Origin: Eubacterium sp.
Lineage (GTDB): Bacteria; Bacillota; Clostridia; Lachnospirales; Lachnospiraceae
Reading direction: 5' to 3'
Length of the DNA: 64,000 nucleotides
NCBI GenBank assembly: GCA_017480495.1
Contig: JAFVAQ010000035.1
Coordinates: forward strand, 29,845 to 93,844
Below are positions 1-9,431 of this stretch, piece by piece. The first letter of the stretch is position 1. Every line of letters starts with the position of its first letter. The notes beneath the pieces are model-generated. The model searched no databases, was not told the DNA's origin, and saw nothing but the letters and a program-made list of their open reading frames with translations. The position numbers and the translations under genes are program-made.

Positions 1-17
1 CTAAAACGCTCTATTAA

Positions 18-45
18 ATTATACGTTTTCTGTACTAAAAGTCAA
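18..45 (-). promoter_or_regulatory. sigmaA-like promoter for a gene left of the window
   Basis: Minus strand TTGACT-N16-TATAAT. Confidence 0.5.
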
Positions 46-128
46 GGGTATATTAGGATTTTCGTAATATTTTTGTCACATTTTGCATTATGTAAAACGT
101 ATTCTGGAGTTATGTAAAACAAATCCCC

Positions 129-1016
129 TTAGTTTTCGATTTCAATGAAGAATTCAGCTGTAAATGTCTCGCCTGGAGCCAGTGAATTGTTATATTCTCT
201 AGCTGTTATATCGCCCTCAAAGCTCTCCTTGTCAGCTCTTCCGTACCATGGCTCGATGCAGATAAATGGAGCACCCTTACCTGCTGGTGACCATAGTCCA
301 AAGAGTGGCGCATTGAAGCCTACAGATATATATGACATTCCATCAGGAGTACAGAGACTTACCTTGTTAGCCTGTGAATTCTCGAAGATAAGTGCATCCT
401 TATCAAACATATGCTCGTCAATTGGCACGAGACCACCGTCGTTCTTCAGAACATTTCCTTCTGACTCTACGAGTCCGTTGGAACTAAGCAGTGAATATAC
501 GAGATCCTTATCTGTATCGAAGTTCAGGAAGTAGTCCTGCTGGTTTCCACCCTTCTTCTTAAGTGGGCACATAAAGGCTGGATGTCCGCCTATCTGGAAG
601 TTGATAGTCTTGTCATCAGTATTTATTACACGCCATATAGTCTTCAGCTTATAGCCGTCCAGAATGTACTCTATCTCAAGTGCAAACTTGTATGGGTATC
701 TGGAAAGTGTATCCTCGTCACTCTCAAGTCTGAAAATGATTCTCTTACCATCTGCCTGTTTAATCATCTTGAAATCAAGATCTCTAGCGAAACCGTGCTG
801 TGACATATAGTAGTCCTGACCATCTACTGTAACTCTTTCATTCTTCAGGCTTCCTACTATAGGAAAGAGCACTGGTGCACTTCTCTTCCAATATCTCTCA
901 TCGGCATTCCAGAGATATTCATTTCCATTCTCTTTGGAAAAGATACTGGATACCTCAGCTCCTAACTGGTTGATAGTTATTTTCAGGTTCATGTTTTCAA
1001 GATAAAACTTCTGCAT
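129..1016 (-). CDS. Aldose 1-epimerase family (LacX-like) protein
   Basis: SAPVLFPIVG, QHGFARD, GGHPAF and FICIEPWYG motifs. Confidence 0.9.
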   Translation of the reverse strand: MQKFYLENMNLKITINQLGAEVSSIFSKENGNEYLWNADERYWKRSAPVLFPIVGSLKNERVTVDGQDYYMSQHGFARDLDFKMIKQADGKRIIFRLESDEDTLSRYPYKFALEIEYILDGYKLKTIWRVINTDDKTINFQIGGHPAFMCPLKKKGGNQQDYFLNFDTDKDLVYSLLSSNGLVESEGNVLKNDGGLVPIDEHMFDKDALIFENSQANKVSLCTPDGMSYISVGFNAPLFGLWSPAGKGAPFICIEPWYGRADKESFEGDITAREYNNSLAPGETFTAEFFIEIEN

Positions 1017-1060
1017 TTCTTTCTCCTTATATAGAATCCCTTTTTAAATGGGATAATAAA

Positions 1061-1996
1061 CTAAATCTCTTCAAAAAATCTCTTAACCTCGGCCCAGGCC
1101 TGCTTCGATTCGTCCATAATGGTTCCTGCCATCTGGAACACATGGAACATTCCATTATATACGGAAAGTCTAACCTTAACTCCAGCAGACTTCGCCTTCT
1201 CAGCAACCGAGATAGAATCACTCAGGAGCATTTCATCGGTTCCTACCTGAATGAGCATAGGTGGGAAACCATAGAAGTCTCCGAATAGAGGGGATATTCT
1301 TGGGTCCCTTGGGTCCGCGTCACCCACATATGGATTTTCAAAGACAAGCTCTGATCTCTCATTTCCGAAAACAGGGTCTATCTCGAAATTATCCTTGTAG
1401 GAGTTTCCACTACAGGTCACGTCTGTCCATGGAGACATAGCAACTATTCCTGCAGGAAGCTTGCGCCAGCTTGCTTTTAGTGCGTGGACAAGTGCCATAG
1501 CCAGTCCGCCTCCCGCCGAGTCTCCGGCAAGGATTATCTGGTCGTTACTATAGCCTTGGTCCAGAATCCACTCATAGGCTGTAAGCGCATCCTCGAGTGC
1601 CGCTGGAAATGTATGCTCCGGCGCAACTCTGTAGTCCACAGTTATGACTGTCGCTCCACCGCCAACTTCGCTATAGAGCCCAGCCATCTGCTTATAATGC
1701 TTACGCATAGCGCCTACATAGCCGCCACCATGGAGATGAAGGACCACCCATCTGCTAGTGGAATCCTTCCACGTCAGCTTCTCCATCTCAAAATTTTCCA
1801 TATGTATTCTCTCAGCTTCGAGGTGGTCTGGATAGTTATACTCCACATCCATATCACTCTTGCCATAGGATTCTGTTGTGAACTTGTCTTGGAAACGCTT
1901 GTTAGAGTTGAACTCTGCGACTAAATATTTAATTAGTTTACTTCTACGGCTCAGCTCTTCTGCCATTTTCTCTCCTTTAAGATTCTTTAATGACAT
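1061..1996 (-). CDS. Alpha/beta hydrolase, HSL-family esterase
   Basis: HGGG oxyanion motif, GDSAGG nucleophile, C-terminal GMFHVF; true start may be the second Met. Confidence 0.9.
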   Translation of the reverse strand: MSLKNLKGEKMAEELSRRSKLIKYLVAEFNSNKRFQDKFTTESYGKSDMDVEYNYPDHLEAERIHMENFEMEKLTWKDSTSRWVVLHLHGGGYVGAMRKHYKQMAGLYSEVGGGATVITVDYRVAPEHTFPAALEDALTAYEWILDQGYSNDQIILAGDSAGGGLAMALVHALKASWRKLPAGIVAMSPWTDVTCSGNSYKDNFEIDPVFGNERSELVFENPYVGDADPRDPRISPLFGDFYGFPPMLIQVGTDEMLLSDSISVAEKAKSAGVKVRLSVYNGMFHVFQMAGTIMDESKQAWAEVKRFFEEI

Positions 1997-2009
1997 ACTT
2001 TCGATTCCA

Positions 2010-2720
2010 TTAAATCATGAATCTACGTGTTATCTCATTAGTAATTTTCTTCGATCCGAACATTACTGTTCCTAAAAGAATGAAACCTGTTAGGACCGCA
2101 GTTATAAGTGTAAAGATGGAACCGTCCACCTTATGCGCTATACCCAGTATCAAAAGAACTATACTGACTACGAAAACAACTATTTCTGTCATTATATAGT
2201 TCTGCCATCCTCTTATACCAAGAACCATGAAAACTACCATCGCAACGTCTATTGCAACTAAGGTTATTGGGATAGCATATTCAAATGACCAGCCCTTATA
2301 GCCCAGCAGATGATCCAGGATAACTACAAATATCATACTCAGCCACATTTGCACCTGTATGATTCTCTGCATGCTCCTCCGAACCCTAACACAGTAAAGC
2401 AGGGTGATGATGCAATACAAGAGACCTGCAACAACTATCAGCGACCAATAGACCCCATTAAACGTATAATAGTTCACGATGCATACTGTCACCATTGCCA
2501 CTATAGCCGCGAAAATAACTATCCTGATAAACAGTCTGAGCAGACGCATTTTCTCAGATACGTCTGGATATGTCACAGACTCAGGTATCTCATCCATTCT
2601 GTCTATATCGTCGCCATCTTCTGTCTCGACGACACCATGACATAGAGGGCATTCAATTGTCTTATCCACTAGCTTTAGGTTGCAGCGTGGACATCTTCTC
2701 AAAACTACTGAATCACTCAT
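2010..2720 (-). CDS. Membrane protein with N-terminal zinc ribbon (DUF6320-like)
   Basis: CPRC...CPLC followed by about 6 hydrophobic segments. Confidence 0.75.
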   Translation of the reverse strand: MSDSVVLRRCPRCNLKLVDKTIECPLCHGVVETEDGDDIDRMDEIPESVTYPDVSEKMRLLRLFIRIVIFAAIVAMVTVCIVNYYTFNGVYWSLIVVAGLLYCIITLLYCVRVRRSMQRIIQVQMWLSMIFVVILDHLLGYKGWSFEYAIPITLVAIDVAMVVFMVLGIRGWQNYIMTEIVVFVVSIVLLILGIAHKVDGSIFTLITAVLTGFILLGTVMFGSKKITNEITRRFMI

Positions 2721-3999
2721 AATTCACTCCATTAGTTTCAACCGTTACATCTATTCCATCCTCAGTTAGCTTTCTGAAGAAGGTCTTCTGAATACTATTA
2801 TTCTTGATACAGGCGCTGAAGGTAAGGGTCAGTGTATCTTTAAACGAAAGCACCGTCATCTTCATATTCTGTCCCTTAGACATAGACAGTATAGCCTGGA
2901 ATCTTTCTATATAGTCAGTATAAGGATCTGAGGTCTTGATAATACCGAGGTTTGTTACCGTAGTGGTATTTGCCTTTGCAGAGGCGTTGTAAACCTGCTT
3001 CATGGCAAACTCCTTAAGCACGAGCGGAATCGCTCTAAGCGCCACATTTACCTCGTTCGAAACATTATAAGAGAAGAGCTTCTCCAGATTCTCCTTAGTA
3101 ACCTGATCCTTCAGGCTCTTACTAACTATTTCTAGGACCTCTTCAAAAGTATATTCCTCCTTAGTTGGTTCAAATATAGCTGAAACAACTACGAAGAAAT
3201 TCTTATTCGTATCCGACCCAAAATAAGGTCTCAGATTAACTGGAACGCATGTGGATATAGGGTGCTTCGAGGTACGACCCTTGAGGTAGCTTCTGTAAAT
3301 GGCCCAGGTATAGACTGCCACAAGGTACTGATTGATAGTCACACCATAGTCCTTTGCAACCTTCTTAATCTGGCTTACAGGAATCATTCCATGAGTTATG
3401 GCCAACTGATTCGATAGAAGCTTCTCCCCCTTAATGATTACAGCTCTTTTGGTTTCGTAGGTCTTCTTCTCCTTATGCTTGTAGTTGCTGAGGTAGCTGT
3501 CCTCAGCATCCAGAGATGTCTCTGATGCCAGGGAATTCTTGACCTTGCCCTTAAGCTCTGTATGTTTGATTCTTATATATTGATATGTTATTTCCTTAAG
3601 GAAATTGATAGCGCCATTTCCATCTGTAAGTGCATGGAACACTTCGAGATTGATTCTATTCTTATAGTAGGTCATTCTGAAGAGATAGTTGTTGTTATCG
3701 TAAGGATTAATAAACATACATGGATAGTTTCTCTCTTCGCGAACTTCAGGTACTGGTCTATCATTTTCTTCAAAATAATGCCAGAAAAGTCCCTTCTTCA
3801 TTGTCATCTTGAATATGTCAAAGTATGGCAGTACCTTCTCGAGAGCCAGCTGAAGTGCAGTCTGATCCACATCCTTCTTCAGGAGAACGGAAACTCTATA
3901 CACATTACTCATGCCCTCTCTGGCAATAACAGGAAATATCTGTGCGGTATTGTCGAGCTTATCCCACTTTATGTATTTTTCTCTACCACGTTTTGCCAT
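2713..3999 (-). CDS. CoA-dependent acyltransferase / condensation-fold protein (alcohol acetyltransferase-like)
   Basis: LDNTAQIFP N-terminal motif, HALTDG (HxxxDG), PVNLRPYF; start moved to ATG at 3999. Confidence 0.8.
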   Translation of the reverse strand: MAKRGREKYIKWDKLDNTAQIFPVIAREGMSNVYRVSVLLKKDVDQTALQLALEKVLPYFDIFKMTMKKGLFWHYFEENDRPVPEVREERNYPCMFINPYDNNNYLFRMTYYKNRINLEVFHALTDGNGAINFLKEITYQYIRIKHTELKGKVKNSLASETSLDAEDSYLSNYKHKEKKTYETKRAVIIKGEKLLSNQLAITHGMIPVSQIKKVAKDYGVTINQYLVAVYTWAIYRSYLKGRTSKHPISTCVPVNLRPYFGSDTNKNFFVVVSAIFEPTKEEYTFEEVLEIVSKSLKDQVTKENLEKLFSYNVSNEVNVALRAIPLVLKEFAMKQVYNASAKANTTTVTNLGIIKTSDPYTDYIERFQAILSMSKGQNMKMTVLSFKDTLTLTFSACIKNNSIQKTFFRKLTEDGIDVTVETNGVNYE

Positions 4000-4861
4000 T
4001 AAAGTCGTTTCCTCCACCGCCGCCGCCAGTCTGAGAACCTGACTGCTGGTCCTTAGTATTCTGAGTCTGCGTTCTTTCTTCCATCGCATCCTGCTTCTGT
4101 TCTTCCAGCTCTTTTTCTAGCTGTTCTTCTCTGTTGGACTTCTTCTTATCTTCTTTTTGCTGCTGTTTCTTATTCTGATCCTGATCATCACTATCCGGTG
4201 GTTCTGGTTCTCCACCTAGCTCTTCCAGCATTTTATCTATATCCTGCTTAAGCTGCTCTGCCTCTGGATCATGTCCATTTGTTCCATATGGATCTGCACA
4301 GCCTCTCTCACATAGAACATTTCTGGCAGCCTGTAGCTGTCTTATTGCATTTGCCTTCTGCTTCTCTGTTTCTATATGGTCAAAGTCCACCTTGTGGAGC
4401 ATCGCAAGTGCAAGATTAACTCTGATATCACATTCCTTTTTCTCCGTCGGATGAGACTCAAGTGCAGACTTATAACTGGAAATGGCATTGTCATAATCCT
4501 CTAACTTGTAATAAGCATTTCCGGCATTATAATAAGGCAGATAGCCCTCAGGGATATTTACCACCTGCAGGAACTTCTGAGTCTTATAGGAATAATTTCC
4601 ATGCTTATAGTTCAGAAGGAAGACACCATTTATTATATAGCGTGCGCCAAAAAAAATAGCAGTAACAAGAAGTATCACGCTTATGATATTTACGATCCTC
4701 ATAAATCCCAGAGGATCATCATACATAAAGGAATGCTCCTTATCCTGTCTCTTCTCCTCCTCGATACGAGCACGGTCAAGTGCCTTAGCTTTCTGCTTCT
4801 CCAGCTTCTTCTCAGCTCTCTCTTCTGCCTTTTTCAGTTTTGAATCACTCTTATCACTCAT
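3983..4861 (-). CDS. Membrane-anchored TPR protein (BatC-like)
   Basis: TM segment, YNAGNAYYKLEDYDNAISSYKSAL TPR, Q/E/D-rich tail. Confidence 0.75.
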   Translation of the reverse strand: MSDKSDSKLKKAEERAEKKLEKQKAKALDRARIEEEKRQDKEHSFMYDDPLGFMRIVNIISVILLVTAIFFGARYIINGVFLLNYKHGNYSYKTQKFLQVVNIPEGYLPYYNAGNAYYKLEDYDNAISSYKSALESHPTEKKECDIRVNLALAMLHKVDFDHIETEKQKANAIRQLQAARNVLCERGCADPYGTNGHDPEAEQLKQDIDKMLEELGGEPEPPDSDDQDQNKKQQQKEDKKKSNREEQLEKELEEQKQDAMEERTQTQNTKDQQSGSQTGGGGGGNDFNGKTW

Positions 4862-4891
4862 AGTTTCTACCGTTTTATAACTAGATTCTTT

Positions 4892-5851
4892 TTAGATTTT
4901 GCCTCTTCTAATGAATAGCACAAGCTCAAGTCCGAGCATGATTATAAGTGGAATAACATACATAAAATATGTATCCTCGTAGCTAACAGAATCTGATTTC
5001 TCCATCGTAAGGGAACTACCATTCTTGATGGAGTCTACCATGTATTTTACATTTGCTGTACTTGTCATGTGAATGTAATCCAGGTCGAGGTCATTTGCAA
5101 TACTCTTAAGATTATTTTCATCTATCTTGGATACTGCATCCTTGCCTGTTTCAGGGTCTTTAACCTTTGCACCCCATTCACCCGTCTTCATAGTGCCGCC
5201 GTTCTTAGTTCCATATCCAAGAACCGCTCCCGCGTCCACCAGTTCTCCAAGATCCTTAAAGGACTGAAGCTCAGAACCATCTGTAATCTCGCCGTCTGTT
5301 ATGAAGAACACAATAGTCAGCCTATCCTTCTTCGAATTCGAAGACTCCAGCAAACTCTTCATATCCTCGTAGCAGACATTCATCGAGCTTCCTCTTGCAT
5401 AATATATATCTGGCTCTTTGATAGTCGAGAAGGCATCCTTTACTGTCTCATGATCCTGAGTAAATGGTGCAAGTATCTGAGATCTGTTATCGAATCTTAT
5501 CAAGCCGAAGTTACTACCTGAGAGTTCATCGATGATATACTCTGTATCCTGTATAACGCCTTCCATTCTGTTGCTCTTCACGCCATAATCATCGGCCCAC
5601 ATACTGATAGTAGTATCAACTACGAAGAGAACATCCAGGTTCTTCATCTCAACCTTTGCATCGTACTTCTTATCCATTATTCTGAGATTGATAAGAAATG
5701 CCAGAACTATCATGATGACTATTCTGCATATAGCAAATATCTTATATCCAGTTTTAGTTTTCCTTCGAACCACACTTATCGTAAAACAGATCAGAACCAC
5801 CAGAAGCAGTGGAATGATCACTATAAGTGGAATAATAGGTTTTGTTATCAT
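4892..5851 (-). CDS. VWA domain membrane protein (BatB-like)
   Basis: MIDAS DTTISM, FITDGE, terminal TMs; start moved to ATG 5851, overlapping the upstream stop. Confidence 0.85.
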   Translation of the reverse strand: MITKPIIPLIVIIPLLLVVLICFTISVVRRKTKTGYKIFAICRIVIMIVLAFLINLRIMDKKYDAKVEMKNLDVLFVVDTTISMWADDYGVKSNRMEGVIQDTEYIIDELSGSNFGLIRFDNRSQILAPFTQDHETVKDAFSTIKEPDIYYARGSSMNVCYEDMKSLLESSNSKKDRLTIVFFITDGEITDGSELQSFKDLGELVDAGAVLGYGTKNGGTMKTGEWGAKVKDPETGKDAVSKIDENNLKSIANDLDLDYIHMTSTANVKYMVDSIKNGSSLTMEKSDSVSYEDTYFMYVIPLIIMLGLELVLFIRRGKI

Positions 5852-6951
5852 AGTCTTATCACCAGTCCCATAGCTAACATAATAGACATAGAAGTAATAA
5901 GTACGATGACCCATCCGGTTGGCTTATCTACTATCTTAGTAATAGTAACCTCTTCAACCTCCAGAGCCTCTTCATTCTCTATATCTGCAATTATCTCATC
6001 GACAGACAAGCTCTCACTTTGCTTGTAGAACTTTCCACCGGTCTTTTCTACACAGTCCTGCATTTCCCTCTCAACAGTATCGTAATCTGTTGTGTTCATT
6101 CCGCTCCAGTTATCTCTGTTAGGGAATATACCGAAGACCTTTATGTCATTTTTCTTGCAGAGGTCTGTTGCCTCATCCAGCTCCACGAGTGGCTTGGACA
6201 TAGCCTCTTCCGCGTTATCTGTAGACATGATAATGATTCTTGTTCTATCCTCATCATCGAGTCTTGGAAAGCTATACATACAGGAAGCGAGTCCCTCTCC
6301 TATAAGGGAACTACCCTTCATATAGTTATTTACAAGAGTACCTGCATCATAGTAATCCAGCTTCTCTTTGTAATCCATATATTCTTCGTACTCATCTGTC
6401 TGGTATTGCATGTATCCCGTCGAAGGATTGTAGAACTTCTCCATGTATTCCTTCTGGAGTCTGAAATATTCCTTCATATCCTCCAGACGAGTATTTACGA
6501 AATCATAATCATCCGTCATAGGAACATATAGAACAGTAGAGGTGTTGTAGATACAAACTCCGAATCTATCTCCATCCAGTCCCGCCACAACGTCCTGAAG
6601 ACTTTCAACCAGGTCAGCGTTCAGCTCGTAGATAGAATAAGATACGTCCATACATAGGAATATATCTCTCTTCTTAGTACCATTGTTGACGGTTTCCTTC
6701 TTGGAAGGTCTAGCTACAAGGAAAAGTGAAGCTACAATTGTTGTTATCAGACACACTTCCATAACTACAGAAACCGCCGCATACATATACTTTCTGCTCT
6801 TATATATGCTTAGTTCCTTAACAAACTTTGTATTAGCAGCTTTGATACCACCACGATATTTATTTTTACGTTTTAGTACATGAAGCAGAATAACTGCAAC
6901 TGCAAGTACAGGTAGTCCGATCTTCAGCACCATCGGGTGTATGTAGTGCAT
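5848..6951 (-). CDS. VWA domain membrane protein (BatA-like)
   Basis: MIDAS DVSYS, MSTD, N- and C-terminal TMs. Confidence 0.85.
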   Translation of the reverse strand: MHYIHPMVLKIGLPVLAVAVILLHVLKRKNKYRGGIKAANTKFVKELSIYKSRKYMYAAVSVVMEVCLITTIVASLFLVARPSKKETVNNGTKKRDIFLCMDVSYSIYELNADLVESLQDVVAGLDGDRFGVCIYNTSTVLYVPMTDDYDFVNTRLEDMKEYFRLQKEYMEKFYNPSTGYMQYQTDEYEEYMDYKEKLDYYDAGTLVNNYMKGSSLIGEGLASCMYSFPRLDDEDRTRIIIMSTDNAEEAMSKPLVELDEATDLCKKNDIKVFGIFPNRDNWSGMNTTDYDTVEREMQDCVEKTGGKFYKQSESLSVDEIIADIENEEALEVEEVTITKIVDKPTGWVIVLITSMSIMLAMGLVIRL

Positions 6952-6952
6952 T

Positions 6953-7447
6953 TTATTTCCTCCAACTCTCTATGAGCATTCTGGTTCTATAGAGGGATGT
7001 CTTCACATCTGCTCTAGCCTCTCTGGCAAACTCTGGTTCGTAGTACTCCCTAACCAGATTCGTCAGCTGCGGAATATTTACTCTTCGTATCTCCGTCAGT
7101 GTATATTTCTGAACCTTGATACCAGTTACCTCGTAAACAAACATACGTATAGTCAAACTGAGCTTCTGATACGCCTGTCTGACACTTATCCTGTTATTCA
7201 TCAGGTCTGATTCGATATAGACTATTTCACCTATATACTTTCTCTTCAGACCTTCAAGTGTCTTCTCAGCGATCTTCTTGATCTTAATCTTCTTCTCCTT
7301 CTTCAGGCGGTCCCCCAGCTTCTTTCTAAAATAGTACTGGCAGAAGATAACGCCTGCGATGAAGACAACAGCCAAAATGATCCAGATAATCATATATGAA
7401 AATGGGTCTTGTAACTCAACCGATGTTTTCATTCTTGTGCCTCTCAA
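6953..7447 (-). CDS. Small membrane protein of the MoxR/VWA operon
   Basis: One TM then a basic region; position between DUF58 and VWA genes. Confidence 0.7.
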   Translation of the reverse strand: MRGTRMKTSVELQDPFSYMIIWIILAVVFIAGVIFCQYYFRKKLGDRLKKEKKIKIKKIAEKTLEGLKRKYIGEIVYIESDLMNNRISVRQAYQKLSLTIRMFVYEVTGIKVQKYTLTEIRRVNIPQLTNLVREYYEPEFAREARADVKTSLYRTRMLIESWRK

Positions 7448-8291
7448 ATAATTCTACGATTTTATCTACTACGTCACTCTCACGACTGACGTCTACTGAA
7501 CTAATTCTGTGCTTCTTGAAGAGCTCCTCCGCCTTCTTCTTGCGGCTGTTACGGTCCGCAATCTCGGCCTGATGCAGCTTTCTGTCATGAAGCATATAGT
7601 CTCTCTCATAGGTCTTAGAGCTTAGGTCATACAGGTTGTCTCCTGTGAGATAAGCATCTTCTATATTAATAATCATTACATCATTCATAACCGTCAGCTT
7701 CTTGAGCAGATTGTCATTCAGGCTGGCTACGCCATCCATATCTGTAATGATGAAAATTATCATCTTTCTGCGTATATTTTCAGCTACGTAATCAAGGGTT
7801 TCTCCGAGGGGCTTAGCCTCTTCCTCGTTTAAGCATTTCTCATATCTGATGAGTAGATTCTCTAAATGCTGCTTACCAGACTTGAAGAAACTGAAATCAT
7901 AACCCTTATTTGTACTTGTAAGAAGCGCGTAGTCATCACCATGGTCATTTACCAGGTAGCTGATCGTACCCATTACATTTAGTGCGATATCCTTCTTAGG
8001 CTCACCCTTATCTGTATCTCCCATGAACTTAGCGCCTGCATCTCCAATAAGAAGAATGTTATGCTTCTTGTCAGCTATGAAACGGCGGATCAGAACTCGG
8101 CCAGTCTTAGAAGAGGACTTCCAATCTATATCACGGACACTGTCACCATATACATACTCTCTAAGGTCGTCAAAATCAAAGCTCCGCCCTCTGTAGATAG
8201 AACTGAACTCTCCGTCTAAAACATTCGATGTTTTCTTGTGAGTATATAACATGATAGACGCTTTGATGCGCGCCAGATAATCGTAATCCAT
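7416..8291 (-). CDS. DUF58 domain protein
   Basis: GRSFDFDDLREYVYGDSVRDIDWKSS signature. Confidence 0.9.
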   Translation of the reverse strand: MDYDYLARIKASIMLYTHKKTSNVLDGEFSSIYRGRSFDFDDLREYVYGDSVRDIDWKSSSKTGRVLIRRFIADKKHNILLIGDAGAKFMGDTDKGEPKKDIALNVMGTISYLVNDHGDDYALLTSTNKGYDFSFFKSGKQHLENLLIRYEKCLNEEEAKPLGETLDYVAENIRRKMIIFIITDMDGVASLNDNLLKKLTVMNDVMIINIEDAYLTGDNLYDLSSKTYERDYMLHDRKLHQAEIADRNSRKKKAEELFKKHRISSVDVSRESDVVDKIVELFERHKNENIG

Positions 8292-8323
8292 ATTCGTTTC
8301 CTTGTAAGATCCTTCGTCCTTCA

Positions 8324-8390
8324 GACTCAGGATGACAGTGTTTTTAGTGACTTAGGATGACAGTGTTTTCAGTGACTCGGGATGTCAGTG
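8324..8390. repeat. 25-bp tandem repeat, about 2.7 copies
   Basis: gactcaggatgacagtgtttttagt / gacttaggatgacagtgttttcagt / gactcgggatgtcagtg. Confidence 0.85.
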
Positions 8391-8409
8391 AATATATTTT
8401 CAGAATATA

Positions 8410-9414
8410 CTAAGGAGTTTGAATAGCTCCTACAATTCTGTCGATAATTGTCTCAACTGATACATCATCAGCTATAGCTGCATAGTTAAGCTCAACTCTA
8501 TGTCTAAGCACCTGATGACGCAGAAGCTTAACATCATCTGGAATAACATAAGTTCTTCCATAGATCAGAGCAACTGCCTTTGCTATCTTCATAAATGCAA
8601 TAGATGCTCTTGGGCTGGCACCCATCTTCACATATCTGCTAAGTTCACTTGGAAGAACCTTCTCACAGTGTCTTGTAGCATCTACAATATAAGAAATGTA
8701 TTTCTTAATGGATGCATCCACGTAAACTCTTTCAGCTATATCCTGAACACGGTCTACATCCTGGATAGATAAAACTGCTGGAGTCTTCTTGATAACACCT
8801 GACTCTATACGATTGAGGATTTCAGACTCTTCTGCTGGAGTAGGATATGTTATCTTCTCCTTGATAATGAAACGGTCTGTCTGAGCTTCTGACAGGAGGT
8901 ATGTTCCTTCCTGCTCGATTGGGTTCTGGGTTGCAATAACTATGAATACATCTCCTGGCATTCTATAGGAAGCACCACCGATAGTAACCTGACGCTCCTG
9001 CATGGCTTCAAGCATGGCACTCTGTGTCTTGGCACTGGATCTGTTAATCTCATCGAGTAGGACAAAGTTTGCAAATACAGGTCCGAGGGTTGTATCGAAC
9101 TGTCCTGTCGCCTGATTGTAAACCTGGGTTCCGATGATATCACTTGGAAGCAGGTCAGGTGTACACTGTATTCTTGAGAACTTACCATCTACCGCATCAG
9201 ATATAGTCTTTGCTGCAGTTGTCTTAGCAAGTCCAGGAACTGACTCAATCAGCACATGTCCATCCGCTATAATGGATGCAACCAGCGCGAACTTGAGGTT
9301 CTGCTGACCAACTACCTTTGCATCATAGTAGTCAGAAAGCTTCTTGATAACGTCCTGTGCGTACCTGAATTCCTCCTGTGTTATTTTTGCCATGTTTTGT
9401 CTCATATCAGCCAT
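8410..9414 (-). CDS. moxR: MoxR family AAA+ ATPase
   Basis: VPGLAKT, RIQCTPDLLPSD, LLDEINR, TQNPIEQEGTY. Confidence 0.95.
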   Translation of the reverse strand: MADMRQNMAKITQEEFRYAQDVIKKLSDYYDAKVVGQQNLKFALVASIIADGHVLIESVPGLAKTTAAKTISDAVDGKFSRIQCTPDLLPSDIIGTQVYNQATGQFDTTLGPVFANFVLLDEINRSSAKTQSAMLEAMQERQVTIGGASYRMPGDVFIVIATQNPIEQEGTYLLSEAQTDRFIIKEKITYPTPAEESEILNRIESGVIKKTPAVLSIQDVDRVQDIAERVYVDASIKKYISYIVDATRHCEKVLPSELSRYVKMGASPRASIAFMKIAKAVALIYGRTYVIPDDVKLLRHQVLRHRVELNYAAIADDVSVETIIDRIVGAIQTP

Positions 9415-9431
9415 TACTTCTCTCCTCTAAT

